From an uncultured Clostridia bacterium (GTDB taxonomy: Bacteria > Bacillota > Clostridia > TANB77 > CAG-508), in the NCBI GenBank assembly GCA_947627185.1, contig CANQVF010000008.1:6403-70402 (forward strand): DNA of 64,000 nucleotides, given 5' to 3'. Position numbers and translations under genes: made by a program. The first letter of the stretch is position 1. Each line of letters starts with the position of its first letter. Below are positions 37,273 through 46,666 of this stretch, piece after piece. The notes under the pieces are model-generated. The model was not told the origin of the DNA. It saw only the letters and a program-made list of their open reading frames with translations, and searched no databases.

Positions 37273-37434
37273 TTTACTTATAGAATAATATATATGGTTT
37301 TATAAGTGGTGCGTAAGCGACCAACCGAAGCAAAGCGAAGGGCGAAATGGAGCAATTTTCATTTATTTTTTTTAAAACAGAAAATTGCGACAGCAAACCA
37401 CTATTAAAACCATATATATTATTCTATAAGTAAA
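37273..37434. repeat. Inverted-repeat element: 38-bp arms around an 86-nt G+C-richer core
   Basis: Arms at 37273-37310 and 37397-37434 pair with 2 mismatches. The core contains a nested perfect 9-bp hairpin, gcaattttc (37352-37360) / gaaaattgc (37380-37388). Confidence 0.9.
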
Positions 37435-37607
37435 TTCTACAATTAAGTTTTATAAGTGAATTTTATAAGTAATATCAATAATTTTTAATAGTATAATTTT
37501 ATTTAAAAAATATCTAAACTTAAATAACCAAAATATGTAATTTATCATAAACTTTAATATAAACAATTTTAAATTGTTTACATTAAAGTTGAAAGGATAT
37601 TGAAATT

Positions 37608-38030
37608 ATGGAATTTGATAAAAAAGTTATAGTTGATGTTGATGGAAGTATTGCTACTGGAAAACAATTTGATTTAGATTTAAAATTACCTGAAGATGAT
37701 AGAAATGTTGTTTATGGAATTATAAGAGATTCACATGGTAAACCTGTTAGTGATGCTGTTGTAAAATTAGTAGAAGTATGTTTTGATGAAAGAAAACCAG
37801 TTTCTCATACTTTTACAGATAAAGAAGGTGAATTTGTTTTCGGACCACTTTGTCCTAACAAATCTTATTCAATTGAAATTTGGGTAAATAGAGTAAAACA
37901 CATTAAAATTTGCAAAACTTGCAATAAAGAAGGAAAATGCTTAAAAGGTGTTGATTTACACTGTGAAAAAGAATGTGATGAAGAACCTAAAATGGAATAT
38001 AACAATAATGAAGAAAATTGTGATTGCTAA
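37608..38030 (+). CDS. Small protein with a carboxypeptidase-regulatory-like (transthyretin-like) domain and a Cys-rich tail
   Basis: VYGIIRDSHGKPVSDAVVKLV...FTDKEGEFVFGPL fits the CarboxypepD_reg pattern. The C-terminus has 9 Cys in ~45 aa. Confidence 0.55.
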   Translation: MEFDKKVIVDVDGSIATGKQFDLDLKLPEDDRNVVYGIIRDSHGKPVSDAVVKLVEVCFDERKPVSHTFTDKEGEFVFGPLCPNKSYSIEIWVNRVKHIKICKTCNKEGKCLKGVDLHCEKECDEEPKMEYNNNEENCDC

Positions 38031-38036
38031 AAAGAA

Positions 38037-38064
38037 AATGGGCTTTAATTTAAGCCCATTTTTC
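38037..38064. terminator. Bidirectional hairpin terminator
   Basis: aatgggctt / aagcccatt stem flanked by A/T runs, between convergent ORFs. Confidence 0.6.
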
Positions 38065-38208
38065 TTACATTGATGTTCTCATTTTTTTTGCAATTTTTTT
38101 CCCTTTTCTTAATAACATTTTTTTACTATTATCTACTCCTTCAGAGTACATCATCATTGTTCCAGCTGTAATTAAACTTCCTAACATTACACCTTTCATA
38201 AAATTCAT
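38065..38208 (-). CDS. 47-aa ORF absent from the supplied ORF track (small hydrophobic/basic protein)
   Basis: My own translation: MNFMKGVMLGSLITAGTMMMYSEGVDNSKKMLLRKGKKIAKKMRTSM. GGGGAGAG lies upstream of the ATG. Confidence 0.35.
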   Translation of the reverse strand: MNFMKGVMLGSLITAGTMMMYSEGVDNSKKMLLRKGKKIAKKMRTSM

Positions 38209-38257
38209 TTTGCTCTCCCCTTTCATAGAATAAAATATATAAAGATTTAATTTTATA

Positions 38258-38641
38258 TTATTTAGTATTTTCTTTTTTAAATTTTATATACTGTTTAAAA
38301 AATGAATAACTTTCAAAAAATGCTATAAAAAGTAAAAAAATTCCAAAACATCTCTTAAGAAGTTTATTATTTATTTTAAAAGAAAGTTTACTTCCAACAA
38401 TTGCTCCAAGTATTCCAAAAATAATTATTATTTTAGATAATTTATAATTAATCTTTTTATTTTTTACATTCATTATAATTGCTGTAATTGATGTTGGAAT
38501 GAAAAAAATTAAATTTGTTCCCTGAATTAAATGCTGTTTTAAATCAGTGAATAAATTTAGTAATAAAATTAAAATTGTTCCTCCTCCCATTCCAAGTGCA
38601 GCAACAATTCCTGATATAATTCCAAACAATATATCTTCCAT
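38258..38641 (-). CDS. Half-size TauE/SafE-family (DUF81) membrane protein, C-terminal-type half
   Basis: 4 TM segments and a GxxxG-rich N-terminus (GIVAALGMGGGTILILLL). It has its own RBS (GGAGAAAA). Confidence 0.65.
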   Translation of the reverse strand: MEDILFGIISGIVAALGMGGGTILILLLNLFTDLKQHLIQGTNLIFFIPTSITAIIMNVKNKKINYKLSKIIIIFGILGAIVGSKLSFKINNKLLKRCFGIFLLFIAFFESYSFFKQYIKFKKENTK

Positions 38642-38648
38642 TTTTCTC

Positions 38649-39005
38649 CTACATAATCATTTTTATTCCTGCATAAACTAGAAAAATAACAAATAATATT
38701 TGTAATATTTTTTTATCCAAAATTATTAAAAGTTTTGAACCAATATATCCACCAATTATTCCACCAATTGCACACTTTATAGCTAATATCCAATCAATAG
38801 AATTTTCATTAAAATAGAAAAAACTACTTGTTAAAACCATAAAAAATATACAAAATATTGTTGTTGCTCTTGAAATTACTTCATCTTCTTTTAAGAATTC
38901 TGTCATAAACGGAACAAGTATCAGCCCTCCTCCAGCACCCAAAAATCCACTAATTAATCCAGAAAAAAAGCCGATACAAATATTTTTTAAAAAATTTTTA
39001 TTCAT
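38649..39005 (-). CDS. Half-size TauE/SafE-family (DUF81) membrane protein, N-terminal-type half
   Basis: 4 TM segments and the motif GFLGAGGGLILVPFM. Confidence 0.65.
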   Translation of the reverse strand: MNKNFLKNICIGFFSGLISGFLGAGGGLILVPFMTEFLKEDEVISRATTIFCIFFMVLTSSFFYFNENSIDWILAIKCAIGGIIGGYIGSKLLIILDKKILQILFVIFLVYAGIKMIM

Positions 39006-39049
39006 ATCGGTATTTTTTACTATTAAATTAAATTTTATTCAAATTTTAT

Positions 39050-40291
39050 TTAAATATCATTTTCACCTTTAATTACATATTTTGTTCCAAGCATTTTATC
39101 TGGTAAATACTGTTGTTCAACCCAATGCCCTGGAAAATCATGTGGATATTTATAATCTTTTCCATATCCAAAATCTTGCATACCTTCCACTGGAGCATTT
39201 CTAATATGCATTGGTATTGTTCCTGTATCTTTTGATGCTACATCTTCTAATGCTTTATTTATTGCATTATATGTAGTATTAGATTTTTTTGAATTTGCAA
39301 CATAAACTGCTGCTTCTGCTAAAATAATTCTAGCCTCAGGCATTCCAACCATAGTAACAGCTTGCATAGCAGATGTTGCAACAACTAATGCATTTGGATT
39401 TGCTAAACCTACATCTTCAGAAGCACAAATTACAATCCTTCTAGCCAAAAAAACAGGATCTTCTCCTCCATTTAAAGCTCTGGCTAAATAAAAAATTGTG
39501 GCATCACTATCGCTACCTCTCATAGATTTTATGAACGCACTTATATTATCATAATGGCTATCACCAGATTTATCAAACATAGCTTTTCTTTTATTTAAGC
39601 TTTGACTTGCTATTTCATCTGTAATTTCTATTATTCCATCTGAATTCATTTTTGTTGTAAGAACTGCAACTTCTAAACCATTTAATGCTGTTCTAACATC
39701 TCCACCAGAAACTTCTGCAATTGTTTCTAAAGTTTCATCTGAAATTTTTATATTATATGTTCCTAAACCTTCTTTATTTGTAAGTGCATTTTTGAGAATT
39801 TTAAAAATATCTTCTTTTTTTAGTGGCTCTAATTTAATAACCATAGATCTTGAAATTAAAGCTTTATTTACTTCAAAATATGGATTTTCAGTAGTTGCAC
39901 CAATTAAGATAACTGTTCCGTTCTCAACAAATGGAAGAAGTGCATCTTGCTGAAGTTTATTAAATCTGTGTATTTCATCAATAAATAAAATACATTTTCC
40001 ACTTGGATTTAAAAGAGGATTATCTGCTTCTTCAATTGCCTTTTTTATATCTCCTACACCTGAAGTTACAGCATTAATTTTTGTAAATTTATATTTTGTT
40101 GTTTCACTAATAACTTTAGCAAGTGATGTTTTTCCACATCCTGGAGGTCCCCATAAAATTAAACTTGATAATCTATCTGCTTTTATAGTTCTATATAATA
40201 GTTTATCTTTGCCAACAACATGTTCTTGTCCAACAAATTCTTCTAAAGTTTTTGGTCTTACTCTAAAAGCTAATGGTTGATTTAAATCCAT
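39050..40291 (-). CDS. rarA: Replication-associated recombination protein A (RarA/MgsA AAA+ ATPase)
   Basis: QPLAFRVRPKTLEEFVGQEH, Walker A GPPGCGKTS, and the MgsA_C block FYLARALNGGEDPVFLARRIV. Confidence 0.9.
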   Translation of the reverse strand: MDLNQPLAFRVRPKTLEEFVGQEHVVGKDKLLYRTIKADRLSSLILWGPPGCGKTSLAKVISETTKYKFTKINAVTSGVGDIKKAIEEADNPLLNPSGKCILFIDEIHRFNKLQQDALLPFVENGTVILIGATTENPYFEVNKALISRSMVIKLEPLKKEDIFKILKNALTNKEGLGTYNIKISDETLETIAEVSGGDVRTALNGLEVAVLTTKMNSDGIIEITDEIASQSLNKRKAMFDKSGDSHYDNISAFIKSMRGSDSDATIFYLARALNGGEDPVFLARRIVICASEDVGLANPNALVVATSAMQAVTMVGMPEARIILAEAAVYVANSKKSNTTYNAINKALEDVASKDTGTIPMHIRNAPVEGMQDFGYGKDYKYPHDFPGHWVEQQYLPDKMLGTKYVIKGENDI

Positions 40292-40307
40292 TTTAATTAC
40301 CTTTCTT

Positions 40308-40913
40308 TTATCTTGATAATAAAGATAAACCTTTTTTAATTAATTCTTCAACATTTAGTTTTTCATCCTTTAGTTTTTTCATAACTTTATCTATTTCTCT
40401 ATTATTATATCCTAAAATTTGAAGTGCTTGAATAGCCTCTTTTATATTTTCATTATTATAAATTTCTTCTGCTATTTGCTCTTTTGCACCATCTACTGCT
40501 AATTTTTCTTCAGATTTTAGTTTATCTTGTAATTCTAAAATTATTCTCTGAGCAGTTTTAGCTCCTATCCCAGGAAGTCCTTTTAGAGTTGCAACATCAT
40601 TTGAAATTACTGCAAAAGCAAAACTAGATGGAGTGATATTTGAAAGCATAGAAATTGCAGACTTTGCACCAATTCCACTAACTGATAATAAAAGTTCAAA
40701 CATTTTAAGTTCTTCTTTTGAAAGAAAACCATATAAACTAATATTATCTTCTCTAACATAATAATAAGTATGTACTTTTACTGTATCTCCAATTTCTCCA
40801 ATAGATTGAATTGAATTATCTGACATAAATATTTTATAACCTATTCCTGAAACATCTATAACAATATAATTACTTCCTTTTTCTTCTAATGAACCTTTTA
40901 TATATGCAAACAT
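40308..40913 (-). CDS. ruvA: Holliday junction DNA helicase subunit RuvA
   Basis: MFAYIKGSL..., and LLSVSGIGAKSA / LPGIGAKTAQRI HhH motifs. AAGGAG lies upstream of the ATG at 40913. Confidence 0.9.
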   Translation of the reverse strand: MFAYIKGSLEEKGSNYIVIDVSGIGYKIFMSDNSIQSIGEIGDTVKVHTYYYVREDNISLYGFLSKEELKMFELLLSVSGIGAKSAISMLSNITPSSFAFAVISNDVATLKGLPGIGAKTAQRIILELQDKLKSEEKLAVDGAKEQIAEEIYNNENIKEAIQALQILGYNNREIDKVMKKLKDEKLNVEELIKKGLSLLSR

Positions 40914-41085
40914 AAATTTCTCCTTTTTACCAAACATCTTTTTGCTATATTCTATCATAAAAAAAAATTAAATCAAGTATATTTTAAAAAATATACTTGA
41001 ATAATTAATTTTTTATTGTTTAATAAAGAATAAATGGGTAGGATTTAATAAAACATTCCCACCCATTCATCATTTGATTAGAAGA

Positions 41086-41514
41086 CTACTCGCTTGTACT
41101 TAACCTAACATATGTGTCGAAAAATACTGTTCCTACGCTAACTCGCTTGTTCTCTGTTAATGCTTGATTAATTGTATGACTAGCATAATTTAGAACAAGC
41201 TCTTTTCCGGAATTATCCTCTCCGACCCATTTTTTCTTGTTGCCATTTCTTGTGAAACATTGAGCTCCATAACAGCAAAACTTTCCATTTGAGCATGAAA
41301 TGCTCTTGTTTCTGAAAACTCTAATAACACAATTTGCTGCATCAGGGCTTGACAGTTCATACCGACAGCCGAGTTTACTAAGCTCTGTAAAAACTAGTGC
41401 TCTTAGCTCATCAAACTCCAGAACCTTTTTCCCTTCTTTTGATGCGAAAAATTCATAAATCTTTATTCTCCGCACTTTTTGCCTTTGGCTTTTGGTTAAT
41501 GGCATTTCTTCCAA
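41086..41514 (-). CDS. Cys-rich hypothetical protein (visibly G+C-richer than the flanks)
   Basis: 142 aa with GGAGG upstream. Contains the cluster CSNGKFCCYGAQC. No family recognised. A downstream hairpin lies at 41033-41067. Confidence 0.55.
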   Translation of the reverse strand: MEEMPLTKSQRQKVRRIKIYEFFASKEGKKVLEFDELRALVFTELSKLGCRYELSSPDAANCVIRVFRNKSISCSNGKFCCYGAQCFTRNGNKKKWVGEDNSGKELVLNYASHTINQALTENKRVSVGTVFFDTYVRLSTSE

Positions 41515-41689
41515 CCTCCTAAAATAATATTTATTATTTTGAATAGAGCAACTGCTCCTCTATTCGAAATATATAAGATTATAACATGTTTTTTTTTAAT
41601 GGTAAAGTTTTAAATATTTTTTTAATAACTTATTTTATTAAAAAACTTAAAATTAACGTTCAAATTTTTAAGTTTTTTCCTTTAAATAC

Positions 41690-41832
41690 TTGACTTTTAT
41701 AGTCATTTGTATTAAAATAATTAAGCATTATGTGTAAGAGTATGTTTTTTTAAGACTTCTCCCCGGTAGTCTTTTAAAATAAATATAAATCACATAATTA
41801 TTTTAAAAATTGAAATGGAGGGTATTATTACC
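41690..41832 (+). promoter_or_regulatory. rplM promoter plus ~110-nt leader (possible L13-leader-type element)
   Basis: TTGACT, 17 nt, TAAAAT at 41690-41718. The leader hairpin aagact / agtctt with loop tctccccggt lies at 41752-41773. Confidence 0.3.
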
Positions 41833-42270
41833 ATGAACAACACTACATATAGTCCTAAAAAAGGTGAAATAGAAAAAAAATGGTATGTAATAGATGCAGC
41901 AAATAAACCTTTAGGTAGAGTTGCTACTGAAGCTGCAAAACTTTTAAGAGGAAAACACAAACCAACATTTACACCAAATGAAGATACTGGTGATTATGTT
42001 ATAGTTATAAATTGTAAAGATGCTATTTTAACAGGTCACAAATTAGACCAAAAAATATATAGACATCATTCAGGATATATTGGAGGAATGAAAGAAACTC
42101 CAGCTAGAGTAATGATGGAAAAAACTCCTGAAAAAGCTATGTTCTTAGCAATAAAAGGAATGCTTCCTCATACAAAATTAGGAAACCAAATGATTAAAAA
42201 ATTAAGAGTATATGGAAATGCAGAACATGAAAATATAGCTCAAAAACCAGAAGTTTGGGAGGTAAAATAA
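41833..42270 (+). CDS. rplM: 50S ribosomal protein L13
   Basis: ...[14 protein letters not shown]...GRVAT..A..LRGKHKP.FTP is the canonical L13 sequence. The internal ATG at 41833 is preferred over the track start at 41815. Confidence 0.95.
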   Translation: MNNTTYSPKKGEIEKKWYVIDAANKPLGRVATEAAKLLRGKHKPTFTPNEDTGDYVIVINCKDAILTGHKLDQKIYRHHSGYIGGMKETPARVMMEKTPEKAMFLAIKGMLPHTKLGNQMIKKLRVYGNAEHENIAQKPEVWEVK

Positions 42271-42271
42271 T

Positions 42272-42676
42272 ATGGCAAAGAAATCTGAAAATATAGTATT
42301 TCAAGGAACAGGAAGAAGAAAAGAATCAATTGCTAGAGTTAGATTAATGGCTGGTAAAGGTGAAATAACTGTTAATGGAAAAAAATTAGATGAATATTTT
42401 GGATCTGATATATTAAAAGTTATAGTTAATCAACCTTTTGCTGTTACAAACACTGTTGGAAAATATGATGTTATAGTAAAAGTTATTGGTGGTGGTCTTT
42501 CAGGTCAAGCCGGAGCTATTAGACATGGTATTTCAAGAGCATTAAATGAAGCTAATTCAGAATTTAGACCAATATTAAAAGCTAATGGATTCTTAACAAG
42601 AGATCCAAGAATGAAAGAAAGAAAAAAATACGGTCTTAAAAAAGCTAGAAAAGCTCCACAATTTAGTAAAAGATAA
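42272..42676 (+). CDS. rpsI: 30S ribosomal protein S9
   Basis: ...[14 protein letters not shown]...[19 protein letters not shown]...[12 protein letters not shown] is the canonical S9 sequence. Confidence 0.95.
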   Translation: MAKKSENIVFQGTGRRKESIARVRLMAGKGEITVNGKKLDEYFGSDILKVIVNQPFAVTNTVGKYDVIVKVIGGGLSGQAGAIRHGISRALNEANSEFRPILKANGFLTRDPRMKERKKYGLKKARKAPQFSKR

Positions 42677-42685
42677 TTATATTTT

Positions 42686-42716
42686 AAAAACCCTTTGCAA
42701 TGCAAAGGGTTTTTTA
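42686..42716. terminator. Hairpin terminator after rpsI
   Basis: ccctttgca / tgcaaaggg stem flanked by an A run and a T run. Confidence 0.65.
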
Positions 42717-42726
42717 TTTCTATGTC

Positions 42727-43740
42727 TTAATTATTACTATCATTCTCTTCTATTTTTTCTAATCCTTTCGAAGTGAAGTTTACGGTTTGATCTCCATCTG
42801 ATGCTATATAATTTGTTGTTCCTAACTCTTCTAACCAACTTCTTACTTCTATTGTTTTCCACTTTCCAGTATTATATCCTTGATTATTAAGATTATTATC
42901 ATATAACCATTTTGGTGCATTAAAGAAACATACTTCTGGATTTATAGCTTCATATACTTCTTTCTTTACTCCATTTTGTCCATGATGAGCCATCTGTACA
43001 GCATCAGCTTTTAATTTTTCTGGATTTTTCATTAATTCATCTGATGTATAATTAAATGCATCACCTAAAAATATTATGCTTTTATTTACATCTTTTGCTA
43101 TCATTTTAAATACCATACTAGCTTCATTTCCATTATCTGAATCTGTAATTTCAGGATTAGCAATTCTTATGATTTCACAATCTATATTATCAATGGTAAT
43201 TATCTCACCTTTTTCACAACTTACTGAATTCTTTATTTTAGGATTATTTAAATTTTCAAGCATTGCATGTTCAGTTTCATATCCTCTTTTATCATTTGCT
43301 TTATAATATTCATCTGTTAAGAAATTATAATAAAAATTCTCAATTTCTATATTAATATTTTCATCTGTTAATAATTTTAAAAGAGCACCTGCATGATCTT
43401 CATGTGCATGAGTAATAAACCAAGCATCCACTACTCCATTACCATATTTCATAATATAGTCTAATATTAATTGACTATCGGTATCTCTTCCACCATCAAC
43501 AATTATTAGCTTATTATTTTTACTTCTTATTATGTAACCTTCTGAATTTATATTTCCTTTATCCTCCATGTTACTACCACCAATTAGTGTAACCTTCATG
43601 CCTTCATTTTGATTATATATTTCTTCTGACTGACTATTAATATTTGTTGTAGTATTCTTCTTAACTATTCTTATAGATACAATTATTATTATGATAATAA
43701 TCATAATAATAAAAAATATATTAATATATTTTTTATTCAT
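42727..43740 (-). CDS. Membrane-anchored MBL-fold metallo-hydrolase
   Basis: N-terminal TM segment and an HAHEDHAG (HxHxDH) motif. Confidence 0.75.
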   Translation of the reverse strand: MNKKYINIFFIIMIIIIIIIVSIRIVKKNTTTNINSQSEEIYNQNEGMKVTLIGGSNMEDKGNINSEGYIIRSKNNKLIIVDGGRDTDSQLILDYIMKYGNGVVDAWFITHAHEDHAGALLKLLTDENINIEIENFYYNFLTDEYYKANDKRGYETEHAMLENLNNPKIKNSVSCEKGEIITIDNIDCEIIRIANPEITDSDNGNEASMVFKMIAKDVNKSIIFLGDAFNYTSDELMKNPEKLKADAVQMAHHGQNGVKKEVYEAINPEVCFFNAPKWLYDNNLNNQGYNTGKWKTIEVRSWLEELGTTNYIASDGDQTVNFTSKGLEKIEENDSNN

Positions 43741-43832
43741 TTTACTACTCCTTTTTTTGCCAAAATTAATTTTACTTTTTTTAATATATCACAAAAAAAC
43801 AAAAAATTCTATAAAGTAATTTAGTAAAATTT

Positions 43833-44393
43833 TTATAAAATCCCTAAATGTTCTATCAAAATTTTTATTCCTATAAAAATTAAAATAATTCCACCTATCT
43901 TTTCCGCTTTGGCTTCATATTTATCTCCAAACACATTTCCTATTTTTACTCCAATCATAGATATAAAAAAAGTTATGATTGTAATGATACAAATAGAAAA
44001 TAATATATTTACTTCTAAAAAAGCAAATGTAACTCCAACAGCCAATGCATCTATACTAGTAGCTATAGCTAGTATTATCATAGTTTTAAAGTCTATTTTA
44101 TCATCTGCATCTTTATCATTTTTTTTAAATGACTCTTTTATCATATTTATTCCAATAAAACTTAATAAGATAAATGCAATCCAATGATCTATGCTCTCTA
44201 TTCTGTTTTCAAAGCCAACTCCTAAAACATACCCTATAAGTGGCATTATTCCTTGAAAAATTCCAAAATAAAGTCCTATAATTATTGCTTTTTTCCATTC
44301 CATTTTTTTCATTGATAAACCTTTGCAAATAGAAACAGCAAAAGCATCCATCGCTAAACTTATTCCAATTAATATAATTTCTAATATTCCCAT
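43833..44393 (-). CDS. mntP: Manganese efflux pump MntP
   Basis: Duplicated LAMDAFAVS / TSIDALAVG motifs; a 186-aa protein with 6 TM segments. Confidence 0.85.
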   Translation of the reverse strand: MGILEIILIGISLAMDAFAVSICKGLSMKKMEWKKAIIIGLYFGIFQGIMPLIGYVLGVGFENRIESIDHWIAFILLSFIGINMIKESFKKNDKDADDKIDFKTMIILAIATSIDALAVGVTFAFLEVNILFSICIITIITFFISMIGVKIGNVFGDKYEAKAEKIGGIILIFIGIKILIEHLGIL

Positions 44394-44566
44394 AAGTTAC
44401 ATTACACTCTCCTATTTATTATTATATTATTATAGCATATTTAGAACTTATTTTTTTATTAATTTTATTAATCTATTTTTTTATAATTAATTTTAATTAT
44501 AGATATATTTATTTTATTAATAATATATAATATAATAACTTTATAAAATTTAAGGAATGTAATATT

Positions 44567-45895
44567 ATGAATGTTTTAAAATTTGAAACTAATTATAAAA
44601 GAAAAATATTTTTAAATGAAACTAAAGTATATTATAAAAATTACACAGAAAAATTAGAAAATAAAATTATAAATATTTATCCAGAAATAAATTATCAACA
44701 TTTCATTGGTTTTGGAGGAGCTTTTACTGAATCATCTGGATATGCTTTATCTGTTTTACCTAAAGAAAAACAATTTGATATTATTAATGATTATTTTCTT
44801 TCTAATAATGCAAATTATTCTTTTTGTAGACTTCCAATTGGTAGTTCTGATTTTTCTTTAAAATCTTATTCTTATTCTAAAAAAGAAGATTTATCTGATT
44901 TTACTATTGAACAAGATAAAAAGTATATTATCCCTATGATAAAGCTTGCTCAAAAAGTAAATCCTAATATAAAATTTCTAGCATCTCCTTGGAGTCCTCC
45001 AAAGTTCATGAAATCAAATAAAATGTTAATTTTAGGAGGAAAATTATTAAATAAATATAAGCAAACTTTTGCAGAATATTTATCAAAGTATATATTAGAA
45101 TATAGAAAAGAAAATATTTTTATAGATTATATAACTGTTCAAAATGAACCAAATGCAATACAAACATGGGAATCTTGCTTATATTCTCCTGAAGAAGAAA
45201 AAGATTTTGTTGTAAACTATCTATATCCTACATTTACAAAGAATAATATAAAAACTAAAATATTAATTTGGGATCACAACAAAGAAAAACTTTTTTCTAG
45301 AGCACAAAAAGAATTAAACACTAATGAATCATTACAAGCAATTTCTGGTTTGGCTTTTCACCTATATACAGGAGATCATTTTGAAAACATAAAATTAGTT
45401 CAAGAAACTTTTCCAGGAAAACTTTTAATTCATACAGAAGGTTGCACAGGATATTCAAATTTTAACACAAATGATGAAATAAAAAATGCAGAAATATATT
45501 CACACGATATTTTAGGAGACTTAAATTCTGGTATAAATGGCTACATAGATTGGAATTTAGTTTTAGACTATAAAGGTGGACCAAATCATAAATTGAATTA
45601 TTGTAATAGTCCAATAATGATAAATAAAGAAAAAAATAATTATATTAAAAATTTAAGTTTTTATTACATTACTCATTTTAGTAAATTTATAAAACCAAAT
45701 GCTAAAAGAATTGCTTTTAGTTCTTACTCGGCAGATATTGAGATTACAGCTTTTGAGAATATAGATAAAAGTATTGCTATTGTTTTATTAAATAGAACTA
45801 ATTTTAATAAAGAATATAATATTATTTTAAATGATAAAGTTATACATGATAATTTAGATAGTCATGCAATAGTAAGTTATTTAATTGTTAGATAA
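44567..45895 (+). CDS. Glycoside hydrolase family 30 (glucosylceramidase-like)
   Basis: SPWSPP, ITVQNEPNA (acid/base Glu) and LIHTEGC (nucleophile Glu) blocks. Confidence 0.8.
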   Translation: MNVLKFETNYKRKIFLNETKVYYKNYTEKLENKIINIYPEINYQHFIGFGGAFTESSGYALSVLPKEKQFDIINDYFLSNNANYSFCRLPIGSSDFSLKSYSYSKKEDLSDFTIEQDKKYIIPMIKLAQKVNPNIKFLASPWSPPKFMKSNKMLILGGKLLNKYKQTFAEYLSKYILEYRKENIFIDYITVQNEPNAIQTWESCLYSPEEEKDFVVNYLYPTFTKNNIKTKILIWDHNKEKLFSRAQKELNTNESLQAISGLAFHLYTGDHFENIKLVQETFPGKLLIHTEGCTGYSNFNTNDEIKNAEIYSHDILGDLNSGINGYIDWNLVLDYKGGPNHKLNYCNSPIMINKEKNNYIKNLSFYYITHFSKFIKPNAKRIAFSSYSADIEITAFENIDKSIAIVLLNRTNFNKEYNIILNDKVIHDNLDSHAIVSYLIVR

Positions 45896-45906
45896 TTATC
45901 TAACAA

Positions 45907-46509
45907 TTATTTTTTCCACTCTATATTTTCTCTAATTACTTTTGCCGGAACTCCTGCTACTATTGTTTTAGAAGGAACATCTTTAGTTACAACAGCACCA
46001 GCTGCTATTACTGCTCCATCTCCTACTCTAACACCTTTCATTATAATTGCTCTTGTTCCTATCCATACATGATTTCCTATTACTACTGGTGCTGTTACTC
46101 TATGATTTTTTGAAATAATTTCATGCGAATCCGTATCTCTAATTATTACATCTCTTGCAATAGCCACATCATTTCCTATTTCTACTTTATCTGTACAGAT
46201 AATTTGAACAAAACCATTACAATATCCACCATTTAAAATTAAATTAGCATTATCATAAACTCTTATATCTGAACCAGCACCAAATAGAAAATCTCCATTC
46301 ACTTCAATTTTTCCTTTTCCTTCAATGCTAAGCCTTGTTTCTAAATTTGATTTTGGATTTTCCTTTGCTCCTAATTTAAAAACTCCTTTTATATTAATTA
46401 TTGCATCTTTACTTATTGCAATTTTAGTATTTCTGTAACACTCAAACTTACAATTATATTTTGATGAATAATATTTTGTTTGAAAAAAATTATGTTTTTG
46501 ATTATCCAT
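45907..46509 (-). CDS. Hexapeptide-repeat (LbH) O-acetyltransferase
   Basis: [36 protein letters not shown] hexapeptide repeats. Confidence 0.8.
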   Translation of the reverse strand: MDNQKHNFFQTKYYSSKYNCKFECYRNTKIAISKDAIINIKGVFKLGAKENPKSNLETRLSIEGKGKIEVNGDFLFGAGSDIRVYDNANLILNGGYCNGFVQIICTDKVEIGNDVAIARDVIIRDTDSHEIISKNHRVTAPVVIGNHVWIGTRAIIMKGVRVGDGAVIAAGAVVTKDVPSKTIVAGVPAKVIRENIEWKK

Positions 46510-46666
46510 ATTAATCTATTCCTTTTTATAAAATATTTATTTTTTCTTACTTATTATACCATAGTTTTTAAAAAACCAAAAATACATTTCACTAAAAAAA
46601 TCTAAATGAAATTCATTTAGATTTTTAATTTTATAGTTTCATTTTTTTATTATGAAAAATTTTAAT

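Noticed and set aside
37311-37396. G+C-rich core of the inverted-repeat element considered as a tRNA, tRNA fragment or peptide-coding sequence.
   Set aside because: There is no cloverleaf and no T-loop (GTTCGAATC-like) or D-loop motif. The only ORFs are 20-34 codons long without an RBS.
37273-37434. Resemblance of the inverted arms (ACTTATAGAATAATATATATGG...) to Firmicute dif / Xer sites (ACTTCCTAGAATATATATTATGTAAACT).
   Set aside because: The similarity is limited to AT-rich positions. The XerD-arm consensus (TTATGTAAA) is not present, and the 11-6-11 internal symmetry fails when aligned. It is noted only as a weak possibility.
44394-44566. Expected yybP-ykoY manganese riboswitch upstream of mntP.
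   Set aside because: The region is almost pure A/T. It contains only an extended -10 promoter (TGcTATAAT) and an RBS. I could not find any of the conserved G-rich helices of the riboswitch.
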